The notes below the pieces were generated by a model. That model was not told the origin of the DNA. It was given only the letters and a program-made list of their open reading frames with translations, and ran no database searches. This document shows positions 37,611 through 47,941 of a DNA stretch of 63,622 nt, piece by piece. A program made the translations under genes and the position numbers. Where the stretch lies: positions 1 to 63,622 of IMG/VR virus record IMGVR_UViG_3300045747_000073. One strand, 5' to 3'. How positions within the stretch are numbered: the stretch's first letter is position 1; every line of letters starts with the position of its first letter. The DNA is from a virus. Lineage: Duplodnaviria; Caudoviricetes.

Positions 37611-38723
37611 ATGGCAGGTGCAAATTTTGCAACTGGTGGCCCTAAGGCCGCCGCTCGTTCGTCTGGTGCTACTGGTAATGCAGTAAACGCTGGTGAACGC
37701 GAAGATCTGGCTAACTTCATTTCGATGATTAGCCGTGATGAAACCCCCTTCTTGTCGTCTATCGGCAAGACCAAAGCAACCGCAGTCTTCCACGAGTGGC
37801 AGACCGATGAGTTGTCTGTTCCCGTGTCCTCTCCAGTGGCTGAAGGCGTATCGTACGCTACTCAAGCGGCTGCTCAGGCCGCTGAACCCTTCCGTACTCG
37901 TCTGGGTAACTACACCCAGATCAACAGTAAGACCGTTACGGTTACTGGTACTAAACGTGCCGTTGACCAAGCCGGTGTTGCTGATGAGTACGCTTATCAA
38001 CTTAAAAAGCGTGGTACTGAACTCCGCCGTGACGTTGAGTTCGACTTGGTTCAAGGCTGGAAGAACTCTAACGGTTCTGGTACTCGTACCTTCGGTGGTT
38101 ATCAAGCTTGGGTGAACTACACCGCAGCTACCAACACACCGGCTACGGCATTCCATGTGTCTAGCGCAACCTACGTTGCTCCGACCAATCCAGGCGGTGG
38201 TACTTGTGGTACCTTCTCTACTGCTACGTCTGCAGCTACGGTGTCTCTGACTCTGTCGCATGTTGACAATGCTATGCAAGCAGTGTACGAGAATGGTGGC
38301 AAGGCTACTAAGCTGATGCTATCCCCGGCTAACCGTCGTGTGTTCTCTGCTAAGGCCCAGTCCGCTGGCTCTGGTACGAGCAATGCGGGTGACGGTAACG
38401 TTCGTCGTAATGTTGACACTGATGGTAAACTCCGTCAGTCTGTCGAGATCTACATGAGCGACTTTGGTGACATCATGGTTGTTCCTAACTACGTTATGGG
38501 CATCTCTAACTTGGCACCTATCACCAACCTGACCAATGCTGCTAACTTTAGTGCATTCGTGTTCGATCCTATGTGGTTCAGCTATGCTTCCCTGCGTCCT
38601 ATGCAGGAAGTTGATCTGGGCCAGCTGGGTGACTCGATCATCGGTCAGATTGTTGAAGAAGGTACTTTGGAATGCCGCAATCCTAAGGGCGCGGCTATGA
38701 TCTTTGGTCTGTCTGGAGCCTAA
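37611..38723 (+). CDS. Major capsid protein (DUF5309/SU10-like)
   Basis: REDLANFI, ETPFLS, HEWQTDEL, NYTQI, ELRRDVE, EGTLE; strong codon bias. Confidence 0.9.
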   Translation: MAGANFATGGPKAAARSSGATGNAVNAGEREDLANFISMISRDETPFLSSIGKTKATAVFHEWQTDELSVPVSSPVAEGVSYATQAAAQAAEPFRTRLGNYTQINSKTVTVTGTKRAVDQAGVADEYAYQLKKRGTELRRDVEFDLVQGWKNSNGSGTRTFGGYQAWVNYTAATNTPATAFHVSSATYVAPTNPGGGTCGTFSTATSAATVSLTLSHVDNAMQAVYENGGKATKLMLSPANRRVFSAKAQSAGSGTSNAGDGNVRRNVDTDGKLRQSVEIYMSDFGDIMVVPNYVMGISNLAPITNLTNAANFSAFVFDPMWFSYASLRPMQEVDLGQLGDSIIGQIVEEGTLECRNPKGAAMIFGLSGA

Positions 38724-38737
38724 TCTAGACTAGTATC

Positions 38738-38770
38738 GGGGTGGGATGACGATCTCACCCCTATATTTTA
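38738..38770 (+). terminator. Terminator after capsid gene
   Basis: GGGGTGGGAT-GACG-ATCTCACCCC then TATATTTT. Confidence 0.75.
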
Positions 38771-38783
38771 CTTTGAGGAAATA

Positions 38784-39110
38784 ATGGAATACAAATCAAT
38801 TGAAGACGTATCTAATAGCTTTGTCGTCAAAGAGAAGAAAGACGACTTTCTGCTAGAACAGAACGTAACTGCTTACAAAGACTATGCAGAGCATAGCAGG
38901 CAAGCCGATGAGGGATTCACTAAGAATGGACGACACTATCGTTCCTTTGCTATAATCCCGGACATCGTTAGCATCGACATACTTACTAAATACGGCTTAG
39001 ATATTCATTCCCAAGACTTCATGAGTCATCCTGCTAACCTGCGGAAGCTCAAGCAAATCATCATGACTAACTATCCCCTGTTACAAACATCAAATATAAG
39101 GAAAACATAA
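38784..39110 (+). CDS. Conserved-type hypothetical protein after MCP
   Basis: GAGG RBS; FAIIPD..KYGLD. Confidence 0.65.
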   Translation: MEYKSIEDVSNSFVVKEKKDDFLLEQNVTAYKDYAEHSRQADEGFTKNGRHYRSFAIIPDIVSIDILTKYGLDIHSQDFMSHPANLRKLKQIIMTNYPLLQTSNIRKT

Positions 39111-39419
39111 ATGCAATTCTTAAAGATTACAGCGGCCACTACAGGCATCGCTACATACATCCCAGACAACCAAGTTGTTAACATCACTGTAGCAGCTAAT
39201 ACAGCAGATGCAGGTACCGCTTATCGTGCACCTAATGTGGTACGTGGTTTGATCACTGGGGTTAAATACCTCGACGGTGCAGCGGCTGCAGCAGTCACAG
39301 TAACCGCTGTTGCAGGTATAACTGCCTATGCTGGTACAGCCACGGCTAAATACGAGTACGGTGTCATGACCCATGATGGCGCATTCACTGCAGTACTTTC
39401 TAACGTAACAGGACAATAA
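39111..39419 (+). CDS. Putative virion structural protein
   Basis: Ala/Thr-rich, late operon. Confidence 0.6.
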   Translation: MQFLKITAATTGIATYIPDNQVVNITVAANTADAGTAYRAPNVVRGLITGVKYLDGAAAAAVTVTAVAGITAYAGTATAKYEYGVMTHDGAFTAVLSNVTGQ

Positions 39420-39558
39420 TCATGGCTGAACTTACAACACAACCTGCAGAAGTCAAGTTCACCCTTGAGATCACTCGTGCAGCAACAGGTGAAAAAGAGA
39501 TTGTAGAAATGGTGGGTCATATCGTGGCTCAAGATGAACAAACAGAAGGAGATAAATA

Positions 39559-39942
39559 ATGGCGGTAACCCACACGACAGCAGCACGTAACGCTGCAACA
39601 GACGCAGTAACAGCACTCATTGGTGCATCTGGTAAGCTTGCCTTTCGTACCACGGGTACAGTAGGTGCTCCGGGTACTGTTGTAGCTACCTTGTCCTTGT
39701 CAGCTACTGCCTTTGGTGCTAGTGCTACGGGCACTGCTACGGCTAATGCGATTACTTCTGACACTGCTGCTGCTGGTGGTACGGTAGCTACGGCTACTCT
39801 ACAGACATCTGCTGGTACTGTAGTGATCCATTGTGCTGTTGCTGCTAGTGCATCAGACATTAACATGACTAATGGTTTGGTTGTGACTGCGGGTGACACC
39901 GTTGCTTGTTCAGCACTGACTTATACCGCACTGAGCGCATAA
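39559..39942 (+). CDS. Putative fibre/decoration structural protein
   Basis: AAGGAG RBS; RNAATDA, beta-rich. Confidence 0.6.
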   Translation: MAVTHTTAARNAATDAVTALIGASGKLAFRTTGTVGAPGTVVATLSLSATAFGASATGTATANAITSDTAAAGGTVATATLQTSAGTVVIHCAVAASASDINMTNGLVVTAGDTVACSALTYTALSA

Positions 39943-39943
39943 C

Positions 39944-40690
39944 ATGGCAGATAACACCACCCTCCCCGGCACAGGGGACGTAATTAGTACGGATGACGTA
40001 ACGACATTGAATGGTGGTGCGTCCTCTGGTGTTAAGGTTCAACGGGTTAAAGCTGCTTGGGGCGCGGATAATACTTCTAGAGACGTCTCTGGTGGGTTCC
40101 CCCTCCCGGTCACTCTAGATGGCGACGAGAACGTTACCTATGATGGTCGTGCAAGTAGTTTCCGTATGCCCGGTCGTGCAGGTACCGCTGGGCAAAAGAT
40201 CTTTAGTATCTATAATACAACAGGATCAGGTCTGTTGGTTAAGCTTGAAGAGATTCATGTGCACCTGACCGCCACGGTTATTAAGGCCGTGACTGTGCTG
40301 CCTCCGATGGTTCGTCTGTACCGGGTTACTGCCGCGCCTACAAACGGCACAGCGGCTCTCAAGCAGCCCAAGGACTCCTCGAAGACATCCAGCGCCAGCG
40401 TAGCCATTTTGTTTGACGCCTCTGCGGATGGCACGTCATCTGCCACGGCGCTGACCGCGACTCCTGTTGCTGGTGCGTTGACCGCGCAGTTTGCTGCACG
40501 GATGATTACCGCCGCTGGCTTCGACGTGATCAACAAAATCTCGCTGATGGACGGGCCTGATGAGTATGTCATTTTGCGTGAAGGCGAAGGCATCGTCTGC
40601 GTACTCGACTACGTTCTGGCGACGCAAAACCCGGTGACTGACATGTGGATGGTTAGCGTAGACTGGACCGAGTTCACAGCGGTAGCATAG
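39944..40690 (+). CDS. Putative structural protein
   Basis: MADN..KVQRVKAAWGAD N-terminus; GC-richer codons in the 3' half. Confidence 0.6.
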   Translation: MADNTTLPGTGDVISTDDVTTLNGGASSGVKVQRVKAAWGADNTSRDVSGGFPLPVTLDGDENVTYDGRASSFRMPGRAGTAGQKIFSIYNTTGSGLLVKLEEIHVHLTATVIKAVTVLPPMVRLYRVTAAPTNGTAALKQPKDSSKTSSASVAILFDASADGTSSATALTATPVAGALTAQFAARMITAAGFDVINKISLMDGPDEYVILREGEGIVCVLDYVLATQNPVTDMWMVSVDWTEFTAVA

Positions 40691-40691
40691 T

Positions 40692-42683
40692 ATGTCACTA
40701 GTCCTACTATTTAAAGCTGCATCCGGTGGGGCAGTAACCCACAGTACTTCAGGAGCACTCACAGGCCCGGGTTCAGCAATAGTAGGATCTTCTGCTCACC
40801 GAGTCAACCATCCAACTACCGGAACACTCACAGGTCAACTAGGCTCAATCACTGGTACAGCAGCAAGGAAGGCTAAGCACCTAGATACTGGTGTTCTCAC
40901 TGGTCAAATAGGCTCTGTAACGGGTTCCTCAAACAGATTCCGCGCTATGGCATCTTCGGGTGCTCTAGCAGGACAGATAGGTTCAGTAGCGGGAACAGCA
41001 GCAAGGTCTTCTGGCACAGTAACCCACAGTACTTCAGGGGCACTCACTGGGCAACTTGGTTCTGTAGCGGGTACCTCTAATCGTTTCAGGTCGATGGCAT
41101 CTACGGGTGCTCTAGCAGGACAGATAGGTTCAGTAGCAGGGACATCTAACCACTTCAGAGCGATGGCATCTACTGGTGCTCTTACTGGCTCTATCGGAGC
41201 AATTGTTGGTTCAGCTTCTAGGTCTACAGGTGCAGTAACCCACGGTACAGCAGGTACTCTAACAGGGCAACTGGGCACAATCGTTGGTTCGTCTAACCGT
41301 TTCAGAGCGATGTCCACAACAGGCGCATTAGGAAACAACCTTACAGTTATTACCTCTAATGCGTCGAACTGGACTAATTTCGCGAGTTCAGGTGTTTTAA
41401 CAGGGGCTATAGGCTCGGTTTCTGGTTCGGCTAACCGCATTGGTGTTGTAATTACCCATGACAACTCAGGTACACTCACCGGACAACTAGGATCAATCGC
41501 GGGTACAGCAGCGCATGTAGCCCTCCACGGGTCCACAGGTGCCCTCTCTGCCACGATTGGTTCAGTCAATGGGGTAGGTAATAGGTTCAGATCGTTTGGT
41601 GCTACTGGGGTACTTTCTGGCACAACCAGCACTATTGCAGGTTCTTCTAGTAGGTCTTCTGCAACAGGTATAACCCACGATACTTCTGGAACACTCCAAG
41701 CAGTCCTAGGTAGTATATCAGGATCATCAAACAGATTCCGTAGCTTCACTGCCACAGGGACATTGGGTGGGTTAACCTCTACCCTCTCCGGCTCATCCAG
41801 CCGTACTGCAGGAATAGTAACCCACGGATCAATTGGTGCCCTGTATGGTAGTGCTGCCCTAGGAACCTTTGGCTTTGCTAGTAGGGAATCAAACTACTTA
41901 TCTACTGGGTCTCTAATAGGTAGTGGAAGCTACACCATTGGTGCCGCTAGCCATATACCCAAGCATAGCACAACCGGAGCACTCATCGGTGATCCTAGTG
42001 TATTACTGGGTGACGCTAGAAGGTTTGTTGTACATGGCTCATCAGGAGCACTTACAGGAAACACAGCTACTATCACAGGTAACTCTTCCAACTGGACTGT
42101 CAGATTAAGTTCTGGTGCTCTTGGTGGTGTATCCTCAGTGGTGTCTGGTGTATCAACTAGGTTCGTAACTCATAGTACCTCTGGTGTTATTGGCGGATTG
42201 ACTGGTGCGGTATCAGGCTCTGCAAGTAGATTCAGAACGTTTAATGCTACAGGTGATCTATCAGGCATAACCTCAATCGTAGGATCAGCAACTAACTATA
42301 CTAACGAGAACACTACTGGAACACTAGTAGGCTCATTAGGTAGCATATCCGGATCAGCTAACCATAGCACTAAGCATGATACCTCTGGTACCTTGCTATG
42401 TACTGGTGCAGCAATATCTGGGACAGGTAATAAGGTCCATACTGTTGTATCTTCGGGTGCATTAGGTGGGCAAGTATCTGTTATTACTGGTAGTGCTGCT
42501 AGGTATCTATTGTCATTGAGTCCCTCGACTAGGGTTACTTATGTTGGCCCAGTAGATAATGTTGGGTATGTTGACAGCATAGTAAACGATTCCTACGTGG
42601 ATCCGGTGAGTAATCAGTCTAGCGTTGACTCAATTCAGAACGTGGCTTATGTGCCATCTAAGATAACTTCAGTAATGGTATAG
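40692..42683 (+). CDS. Repeat-rich fibre-like protein
   Basis: About 20 imperfect 26-30 aa repeats (SSGALTGQIGSVAGTSNRFR). Confidence 0.7.
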   Translation: MSLVLLFKAASGGAVTHSTSGALTGPGSAIVGSSAHRVNHPTTGTLTGQLGSITGTAARKAKHLDTGVLTGQIGSVTGSSNRFRAMASSGALAGQIGSVAGTAARSSGTVTHSTSGALTGQLGSVAGTSNRFRSMASTGALAGQIGSVAGTSNHFRAMASTGALTGSIGAIVGSASRSTGAVTHGTAGTLTGQLGTIVGSSNRFRAMSTTGALGNNLTVITSNASNWTNFASSGVLTGAIGSVSGSANRIGVVITHDNSGTLTGQLGSIAGTAAHVALHGSTGALSATIGSVNGVGNRFRSFGATGVLSGTTSTIAGSSSRSSATGITHDTSGTLQAVLGSISGSSNRFRSFTATGTLGGLTSTLSGSSSRTAGIVTHGSIGALYGSAALGTFGFASRESNYLSTGSLIGSGSYTIGAASHIPKHSTTGALIGDPSVLLGDARRFVVHGSSGALTGNTATITGNSSNWTVRLSSGALGGVSSVVSGVSTRFVTHSTSGVIGGLTGAVSGSASRFRTFNATGDLSGITSIVGSATNYTNENTTGTLVGSLGSISGSANHSTKHDTSGTLLCTGAAISGTGNKVHTVVSSGALGGQVSVITGSAARYLLSLSPSTRVTYVGPVDNVGYVDSIVNDSYVDPVSNQSSVDSIQNVAYVPSKITSVMV

Positions 42684-42690
42684 GAGACAT

Positions 42691-42963
42691 ATGGATACAT
42701 TTGAACAAGCAACAACTGATACACAAGACTATGATATAAACTTTAATCGATATCTTACTGGCCTCAGTGATACTGGGGTTAGTAGTGTCGTAACAGTGGA
42801 CCCGGGGATTACCTTGATATCCAGCGTATTAACCGCTGGGGTGATCAAGCTCTGGGTCACTGGTGGTGTAGACGGGCAAGAGTACCTAATCAGTATTAAG
42901 TTAACCACTACGGGCGGTCGAACAAAGACTAAAGTAGTTCAATTCAAAATAAAGGATAAATAA
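42691..42963 (+). CDS. Fibre adaptor-like protein
   Basis: DYDINF, WVTGGVDG, TTGGRT. Confidence 0.6.
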   Translation: MDTFEQATTDTQDYDINFNRYLTGLSDTGVSSVVTVDPGITLISSVLTAGVIKLWVTGGVDGQEYLISIKLTTTGGRTKTKVVQFKIKDK

Positions 42964-42965
42964 CC

Positions 42966-43031
42966 ATGGCATGCAAACCCGCTAAGAAAACACCAGCTAA
43001 AAAAGTCCCTGCTAAAAAGAGCAAGTGCTAA
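42966..43031 (+). CDS. 21-aa basic peptide MACKPAKKTPAKKVPAKKSKC
   Basis: AAGGA RBS; fills the gap between two genes; translated by hand. Confidence 0.55.
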   Translation: MACKPAKKTPAKKVPAKKSKC

Positions 43032-43042
43032 GGAGGTAACTA

Positions 43043-43963
43043 ATGGCAACACCCAAATATAACGCTATAGTAGCGAAGGTACGCGACTGGTCTAATAAGC
43101 CAGAAGCAAACACAATTCCCGATAGTGTTATTGAGAGTTGCCTTAGTTACTCTGCTGATGAATGTTACCGTAGGCTCCGTATCCCCCCGTTGGAGAGCAC
43201 AGTTACTTATACTATTACAGCAGCAGACAACTCTGGTGAAGGTAGTATTGGTATCCCATACGGTAACTCGTTTACAAATATTACTATACCAGAGGACTTA
43301 ACTGCCTTCTGCTATATTCGTACTGTGGCTAACAGTAATGGTAACACCCCGTATGCGTCTATGCCACCCGGTGTTTCTACTGTGTTCCACGAGGTCACAG
43401 ATAAGAGAACATTCTTTGACGTATTCAGCGAGAAATACTCAAGATATAACTGGATGATGATGGATAATAAAATCTTTATCCACCCGCAGATTGCTATTGA
43501 TACAGTCTTGGAGATTAACTATTATCGTAGGTTATCACCATTAGATGCTTTGTATTCTGTTGTCCCTATTAATTATGTTATTGGGTTGGCTGATGCAGAT
43601 CAACCATACCTGATATTAGGCACAAGCACTCCATTATATTTTGCTGGTTCCGGGGTAGCTGAGCAGTGCTTTGCAACGCTCGCTGAGGCAACCGCTTACG
43701 GGTTAACACAACCGATTAATACTGTTACAACTAAAGTATATGACGGTAGGGAAGCCCCTAACTGGCTTAGAGACCAGAATGAACGGTTGCTTGTCTGGGG
43801 TGCCCTGTACAATATAGGTGCATACTTGTTTGATGACAAGATGGAACAACGATACAAACAAAAGTTCGAAGAGAATCTAGCTAGTCTGAACACCGAAGAG
43901 AAGTTCCGTAGGGCCTCTGGTGGTAACGTGCAAATGAACTTCAATGGCGGCGGGATGATTTAA
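43043..43963 (+). CDS. Head-tail adaptor protein
   Basis: AAGGAGG RBS; RRLRIP, YYRRL, NWL..LLVWGAL. Confidence 0.7.
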   Translation: MATPKYNAIVAKVRDWSNKPEANTIPDSVIESCLSYSADECYRRLRIPPLESTVTYTITAADNSGEGSIGIPYGNSFTNITIPEDLTAFCYIRTVANSNGNTPYASMPPGVSTVFHEVTDKRTFFDVFSEKYSRYNWMMMDNKIFIHPQIAIDTVLEINYYRRLSPLDALYSVVPINYVIGLADADQPYLILGTSTPLYFAGSGVAEQCFATLAEATAYGLTQPINTVTTKVYDGREAPNWLRDQNERLLVWGALYNIGAYLFDDKMEQRYKQKFEENLASLNTEEKFRRASGGNVQMNFNGGGMI

Positions 43964-43972
43964 GGAGGTATA

Positions 43973-45226
43973 ATGGGCTACAACGTAACAGAAGGGGCTG
44001 TAGTAGGTGACTCCCCGGGTGGCCAATATACTACAGCAGCGGGTAACAGCGGTTATTCCCAGACAGCAGGGTCAACAGACAGTGGTGCTCCGGGTGGGCA
44101 ATACGATACCTCAGCTACACCTAACACTATTATATACAAAAACATAGCTGTTGAATCCGCTGCTGGTGCCTCGATTGATGCGGCACAGGCGCTGGTCTCT
44201 GCTGAATCTGCCGCAATATCGGCTATAGCAGCAGCTTCCAGTGCTATAACCGCAGAAGATGCAGCAGTATTAGCAGCAAGTAACTCTAGGCTTACTGCTG
44301 GCACAGCTACAGCCGTGGCACCCGGGGGTGCTCCTACCGTTAGTATCACTGGTGCTGCTGGCTCACAGGTGCTTGACCTAGGTGTTGTTACTGGTGCTAT
44401 CGGAGCAACAGGGCCACAGGGTATTCAAGGTATTAAGGGTGACACTGGGACGCAAGGCAACCAAGGTATTCAAGGTGACACTGGGCCACAAGGTACTCAG
44501 GGTATCCAAGGTATTCAGGGAGACACGGGACCACAAGGTATTCAGGGAGACCAAGGTCTCACAGGTGACACAGGTCCCCAAGGCATTCAAGGTATTCAAG
44601 GTTTAACTGGTAACACTGGGCCACAAGGTATTCAAGGAATCCAGGGCAATATTGGCCCAATAGGGGTGAATTGGTTAGGTGCCTGGGATAGTGGTACCGC
44701 ATACATAGCCAATGATGGTGTATCAATAGGGGGCTCTTCCTACATATCCATTCTGGCTAGCACAAACCAAGCCCCACCTAATGTATTATACTGGGATCTT
44801 TTTGCCGCCAAAGGAGCAGATGGTGCAGCCGGTGGAGGTGTTATTAGTGTTACGGGGGCAAGCCCTATTGTTTCTAGTGGTGGGGTTAATCCTGAAATTA
44901 GTATCCCGGTAGCAACCAGCTCCGTAAATGGCTACTTAACATCAGGGGATCATACAACGTTCTCTGCTAAGGTTGATGGTCCGGTTAGCTCTACTAGCAA
45001 CAGTGTTGCTTTGTTCAATGGCACATCCGGTAAGCTAATTAAAGAGGGTGGTACTCTTGGTACTGCAGCCTTTGCAAGTGCTTCCGCTATGGTACCTACT
45101 GGTGGCACCATAAACCAAGTTCTTATTAAGAACAGTGCAACAGACTACGATACCTCGTGGTCAACACCCTCAAGCGGTATTACAACAGGTAAAGCAATTG
45201 CTATGGCAATGATCTTTGGATTCTAA
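43973..45226 (+). CDS. Collagen-like tail fibre
   Basis: Gly-X-Y run GPQGIQGIQGDT at ~44400-44660; ends GKAIAMAMIFG. Confidence 0.8.
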   Translation: MGYNVTEGAVVGDSPGGQYTTAAGNSGYSQTAGSTDSGAPGGQYDTSATPNTIIYKNIAVESAAGASIDAAQALVSAESAAISAIAAASSAITAEDAAVLAASNSRLTAGTATAVAPGGAPTVSITGAAGSQVLDLGVVTGAIGATGPQGIQGIKGDTGTQGNQGIQGDTGPQGTQGIQGIQGDTGPQGIQGDQGLTGDTGPQGIQGIQGLTGNTGPQGIQGIQGNIGPIGVNWLGAWDSGTAYIANDGVSIGGSSYISILASTNQAPPNVLYWDLFAAKGADGAAGGGVISVTGASPIVSSGGVNPEISIPVATSSVNGYLTSGDHTTFSAKVDGPVSSTSNSVALFNGTSGKLIKEGGTLGTAAFASASAMVPTGGTINQVLIKNSATDYDTSWSTPSSGITTGKAIAMAMIFGF

Positions 45227-45235
45227 GGAGAAATA

Positions 45236-45631
45236 ATGGCAAACCCAAATATTGTCGCTGTAACAACAATCTACGGCACAACAACTTACTTAACACCAGC
45301 AGTGAATACCGCTGTTGTATTGCTGGCAAATGCTGCCGCAAGTGGCAAGGTGCTGAAGATCAACCAGATTGTTGCGGCTAACGTGGATGGAACCAACGCA
45401 GTCAACACCACGGTGTCCCTGTACACCAATGGTGCGGTGGATCAGGGTTCTGCGCCCAGCGGTGGCACGGTCTACCCCATCGCGTCAACGATCTCAGTCC
45501 CGGCTAATGCCTCGCTGATCGTGGTTGACAAGTCCACTAGCATCTATTTGCAAGAAGGAACTTCAATCAGTGTGACTTCTGGCACGGCTAGCAAAATTAC
45601 ATATAGTATTAGTTACGAGGAGATTAGCTAA
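45236..45631 (+). CDS. Putative tail/fibre-associated protein
   Basis: MANPNIV...SYEEIS. Confidence 0.6.
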   Translation: MANPNIVAVTTIYGTTTYLTPAVNTAVVLLANAAASGKVLKINQIVAANVDGTNAVNTTVSLYTNGAVDQGSAPSGGTVYPIASTISVPANASLIVVDKSTSIYLQEGTSISVTSGTASKITYSISYEEIS

Positions 45632-45632
45632 A

Positions 45633-46445
45633 ATGTCTCGACACTATACCGCTAGCGTCTTGTCGGCTAGCTTTGTTCCTTTGGTTGATCCTCCTGTACA
45701 AGCTACGGGTCAGCAAGCCTACACAACTCCGGGGACGTACTCTTGGACTGCGCCTATAGGCGTGACTTCTGTGAGTGTAGTCGCTGTGGGCGGTGGCGGT
45801 GCGCTTGACTCCTCTGGCGCTGCAAATAACGACGGAGGTGCGGGAGGTGGCGGCGGTCTTGGTTACAAGAATAACTATACAGTTGTTCCATTGAGCACAT
45901 ACACAGTTGTTGTAGGTGTTCCCGGTGCTTATGGGGGCGCGGCTGCTTCGGATTCTTATTTTGTAAGCACTGCTGTAGTAAAAGGGGGGGCGGGTGGAAC
46001 GGCAAGGCTTGGCACTGGCGGTGGGCTAGGTGGCACATATGCGGGTGATGGCGGCGGTACTGGGGGTACTGGGGGTAACTACACGCTGCTTACTAACGAC
46101 GGGTCTGGCGGTGGCGCAGGTGGGTATTCAGGGGCAGGCGGGGCTGGTGGTAATGGCTCTGGCGGCGGCGGCGGCGCAGGTACTGGCGGTGGTGGCGGTG
46201 GGGGTGGTGGAGCTGCTGATTATGGGGGTGGCGGCGTCGGATTGCTTGGTCAAGGTACTAGCGGAGCAGCTAGTACCACAAACGGTCAAGGGGGTTCCGG
46301 TGGAGCTAATAGTGGTGCCATAGCTGACGTGGCAGGAGCGTATGGTGGTGGTGGCTCAATAGGTGGTGGCGCTTCTGGGGCAGTCCGCATCATCTGGCCC
46401 GGTACAACTCGCAGCTTCCCCTCAACAAATACAGGTGATCTATGA
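45633..46445 (+). CDS. Glycine-rich fibre protein
   Basis: VSVVAVGGGG...GAVRIIW. Confidence 0.7.
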   Translation: MSRHYTASVLSASFVPLVDPPVQATGQQAYTTPGTYSWTAPIGVTSVSVVAVGGGGALDSSGAANNDGGAGGGGGLGYKNNYTVVPLSTYTVVVGVPGAYGGAAASDSYFVSTAVVKGGAGGTARLGTGGGLGGTYAGDGGGTGGTGGNYTLLTNDGSGGGAGGYSGAGGAGGNGSGGGGGAGTGGGGGGGGGAADYGGGGVGLLGQGTSGAASTTNGQGGSGGANSGAIADVAGAYGGGGSIGGGASGAVRIIWPGTTRSFPSTNTGDL

Positions 46446-47635
46446 CGCTCTCAGGCATGTGGACACGCTCCCAACACACAAGACAACTTGGTGCATATAA
46501 CTGGCCTCATCCCGGTGGGGCTATGGCTGCACCAACTGTAGTAGCGGGGATTGGTCAGGCAATTGTATCGTTTACGCCTTCTGCAGACCCGTGGGTTAAT
46601 TCCTATATTATTACAAGCTCTGTTGGCGGTATTGCTGCTACAGGGACAACGTCTCCAATAACCATTACTGGACTCTCAGGCGGTGTGCAAACCTTCACTG
46701 TTACCGCAGTTACTGGTTATGGTACAGGCGGGTGGGGTGCGGGGTCTCCAAGCCCTGCATCCAATAGCGTGACTATAAAACAATATGCTGTTTTCACCAC
46801 TGCGGGCATACAAAGCTGGGTCGTACCTGCGGGAGTTACGTCTATTGACGTGGAGTGTATAGGCTCGGGTGGGTATGGATACCCTGCTACTCGTGGTCCG
46901 GGGGGCGGAGGTGGAGCATATGCTAAAACAAATGCGGTTGCTGTAACTCCAGGTGCCACGGTTTACTTATATGTTGGCCCTGAAAATTCAAATAGTGAAT
47001 CCAGCTGGTTTAACAATAATGGTACTACTTCTCCCCCTAATAACACGACTGAGGGCGCAGTGGCCGCGAATGGTGTGAACTCAGCTGGTACTACCCCTGG
47101 GCTAGGTGGCACGGCAGGTGCCTCTCTTGGTAACGTAGTGTATTCGGGTGGTACCGGGGGTGCACGCGGTACTACAGCCTGCTCGGGGGGTGGGGGCGGT
47201 TCCGCTGGTCCCGCTGGTGCTGGTGCTGTAGGTGGTGCCGGATCTGGAACTAGTACTTCTGGGCATGGTGGTGGGGGTGGATCTAATGGTGGTTCAGCTG
47301 GTTCCCCCGGTTCTGTTGGTGACGGTGGCGCAGGCGGTACTGGCCCCACGGGGGTAACCGGGGGTGTTGGTGCTACTAGTGGTAGTCTGAGCACCAATGC
47401 AACTAAAGCATCCGGAAGTGGTGGCGGTGGGGGATATGGTTCAGGCACCTATGTTCAAGGTGGAAAAGGTGCTGTTTATAGTATTTATGGCGATGGATAC
47501 GGCCCGTCTGGTGGGGGTGGGGGTGGCGGCGCGGGTGGCACCAACTCTACGATAAACTATGGCTCTGGTGGCGGTGGTGGCCAGTTCAGCGCAACTAATA
47601 ATGGTAACAGGGGTTTGGTTATTATAACCTATTAA
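46442..47635 (+). CDS. Fn3-like plus glycine-rich fibre protein
   Basis: SPITITGL..FTVTA; ECIGSGG...GLVIITY. Confidence 0.7.
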   Translation: MTLSGMWTRSQHTRQLGAYNWPHPGGAMAAPTVVAGIGQAIVSFTPSADPWVNSYIITSSVGGIAATGTTSPITITGLSGGVQTFTVTAVTGYGTGGWGAGSPSPASNSVTIKQYAVFTTAGIQSWVVPAGVTSIDVECIGSGGYGYPATRGPGGGGGAYAKTNAVAVTPGATVYLYVGPENSNSESSWFNNNGTTSPPNNTTEGAVAANGVNSAGTTPGLGGTAGASLGNVVYSGGTGGARGTTACSGGGGGSAGPAGAGAVGGAGSGTSTSGHGGGGGSNGGSAGSPGSVGDGGAGGTGPTGVTGGVGATSGSLSTNATKASGSGGGGGYGSGTYVQGGKGAVYSIYGDGYGPSGGGGGGGAGGTNSTINYGSGGGGGQFSATNNGNRGLVIITY

Positions 47636-47644
47636 GGGGGCACT

Positions 47645-47941
47645 ATGCGAAAACAATGGTCAATCATCGGTGTCAAGACCCACACCACACTTGCTGCTCA
47701 GTCAGACGTTATCTGGTCCCTCCTGTGGCGCATCACCCCCTACTCAACTTTCATTGATGAAGAAGGTGTTGAGTGTGAGGCCAACGAGTCTGCGCTTGAT
47801 GCAACAGAGTGGGTTGACATTCCCTACAGCCCAGACTCCCAATTTATACCTCGTAGCGGGGTCACAGAAGACGTGCTCCTTGGGTGGCTCAAGACCACCC
47901 TTGGTCCAGACAAAGTAGCAGAAATTGAGGCAAGCGTATGA
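47645..47941 (+). CDS. Small fibre-associated protein
   Basis: FIP..VTEDVLLGWLK. Confidence 0.6.
   Translation: MRKQWSIIGVKTHTTLAAQSDVIWSLLWRITPYSTFIDEEGVECEANESALDATEWVDIPYSPDSQFIPRSGVTEDVLLGWLKTTLGPDKVAEIEASV

Noticed and set aside
41065-41081. TAGCGGGTACCTCTAAT as a twelfth promoter
   Set aside because: Two core mismatches and explained by the VAGTSN protein repeat
40904-41755. 283-aa minus-strand ORF, plus similar antisense ORFs at 37596-38279, 8490-9023 and 62724-63317
   Set aside because: Shadows of codon-biased or repetitive genes with no motifs
44400-44660. CRISPR-like or DGR repeat array
   Set aside because: Repeats are in-frame collagen Gly-X-Y codons with no spacers; no cas or reverse transcriptase gene seen
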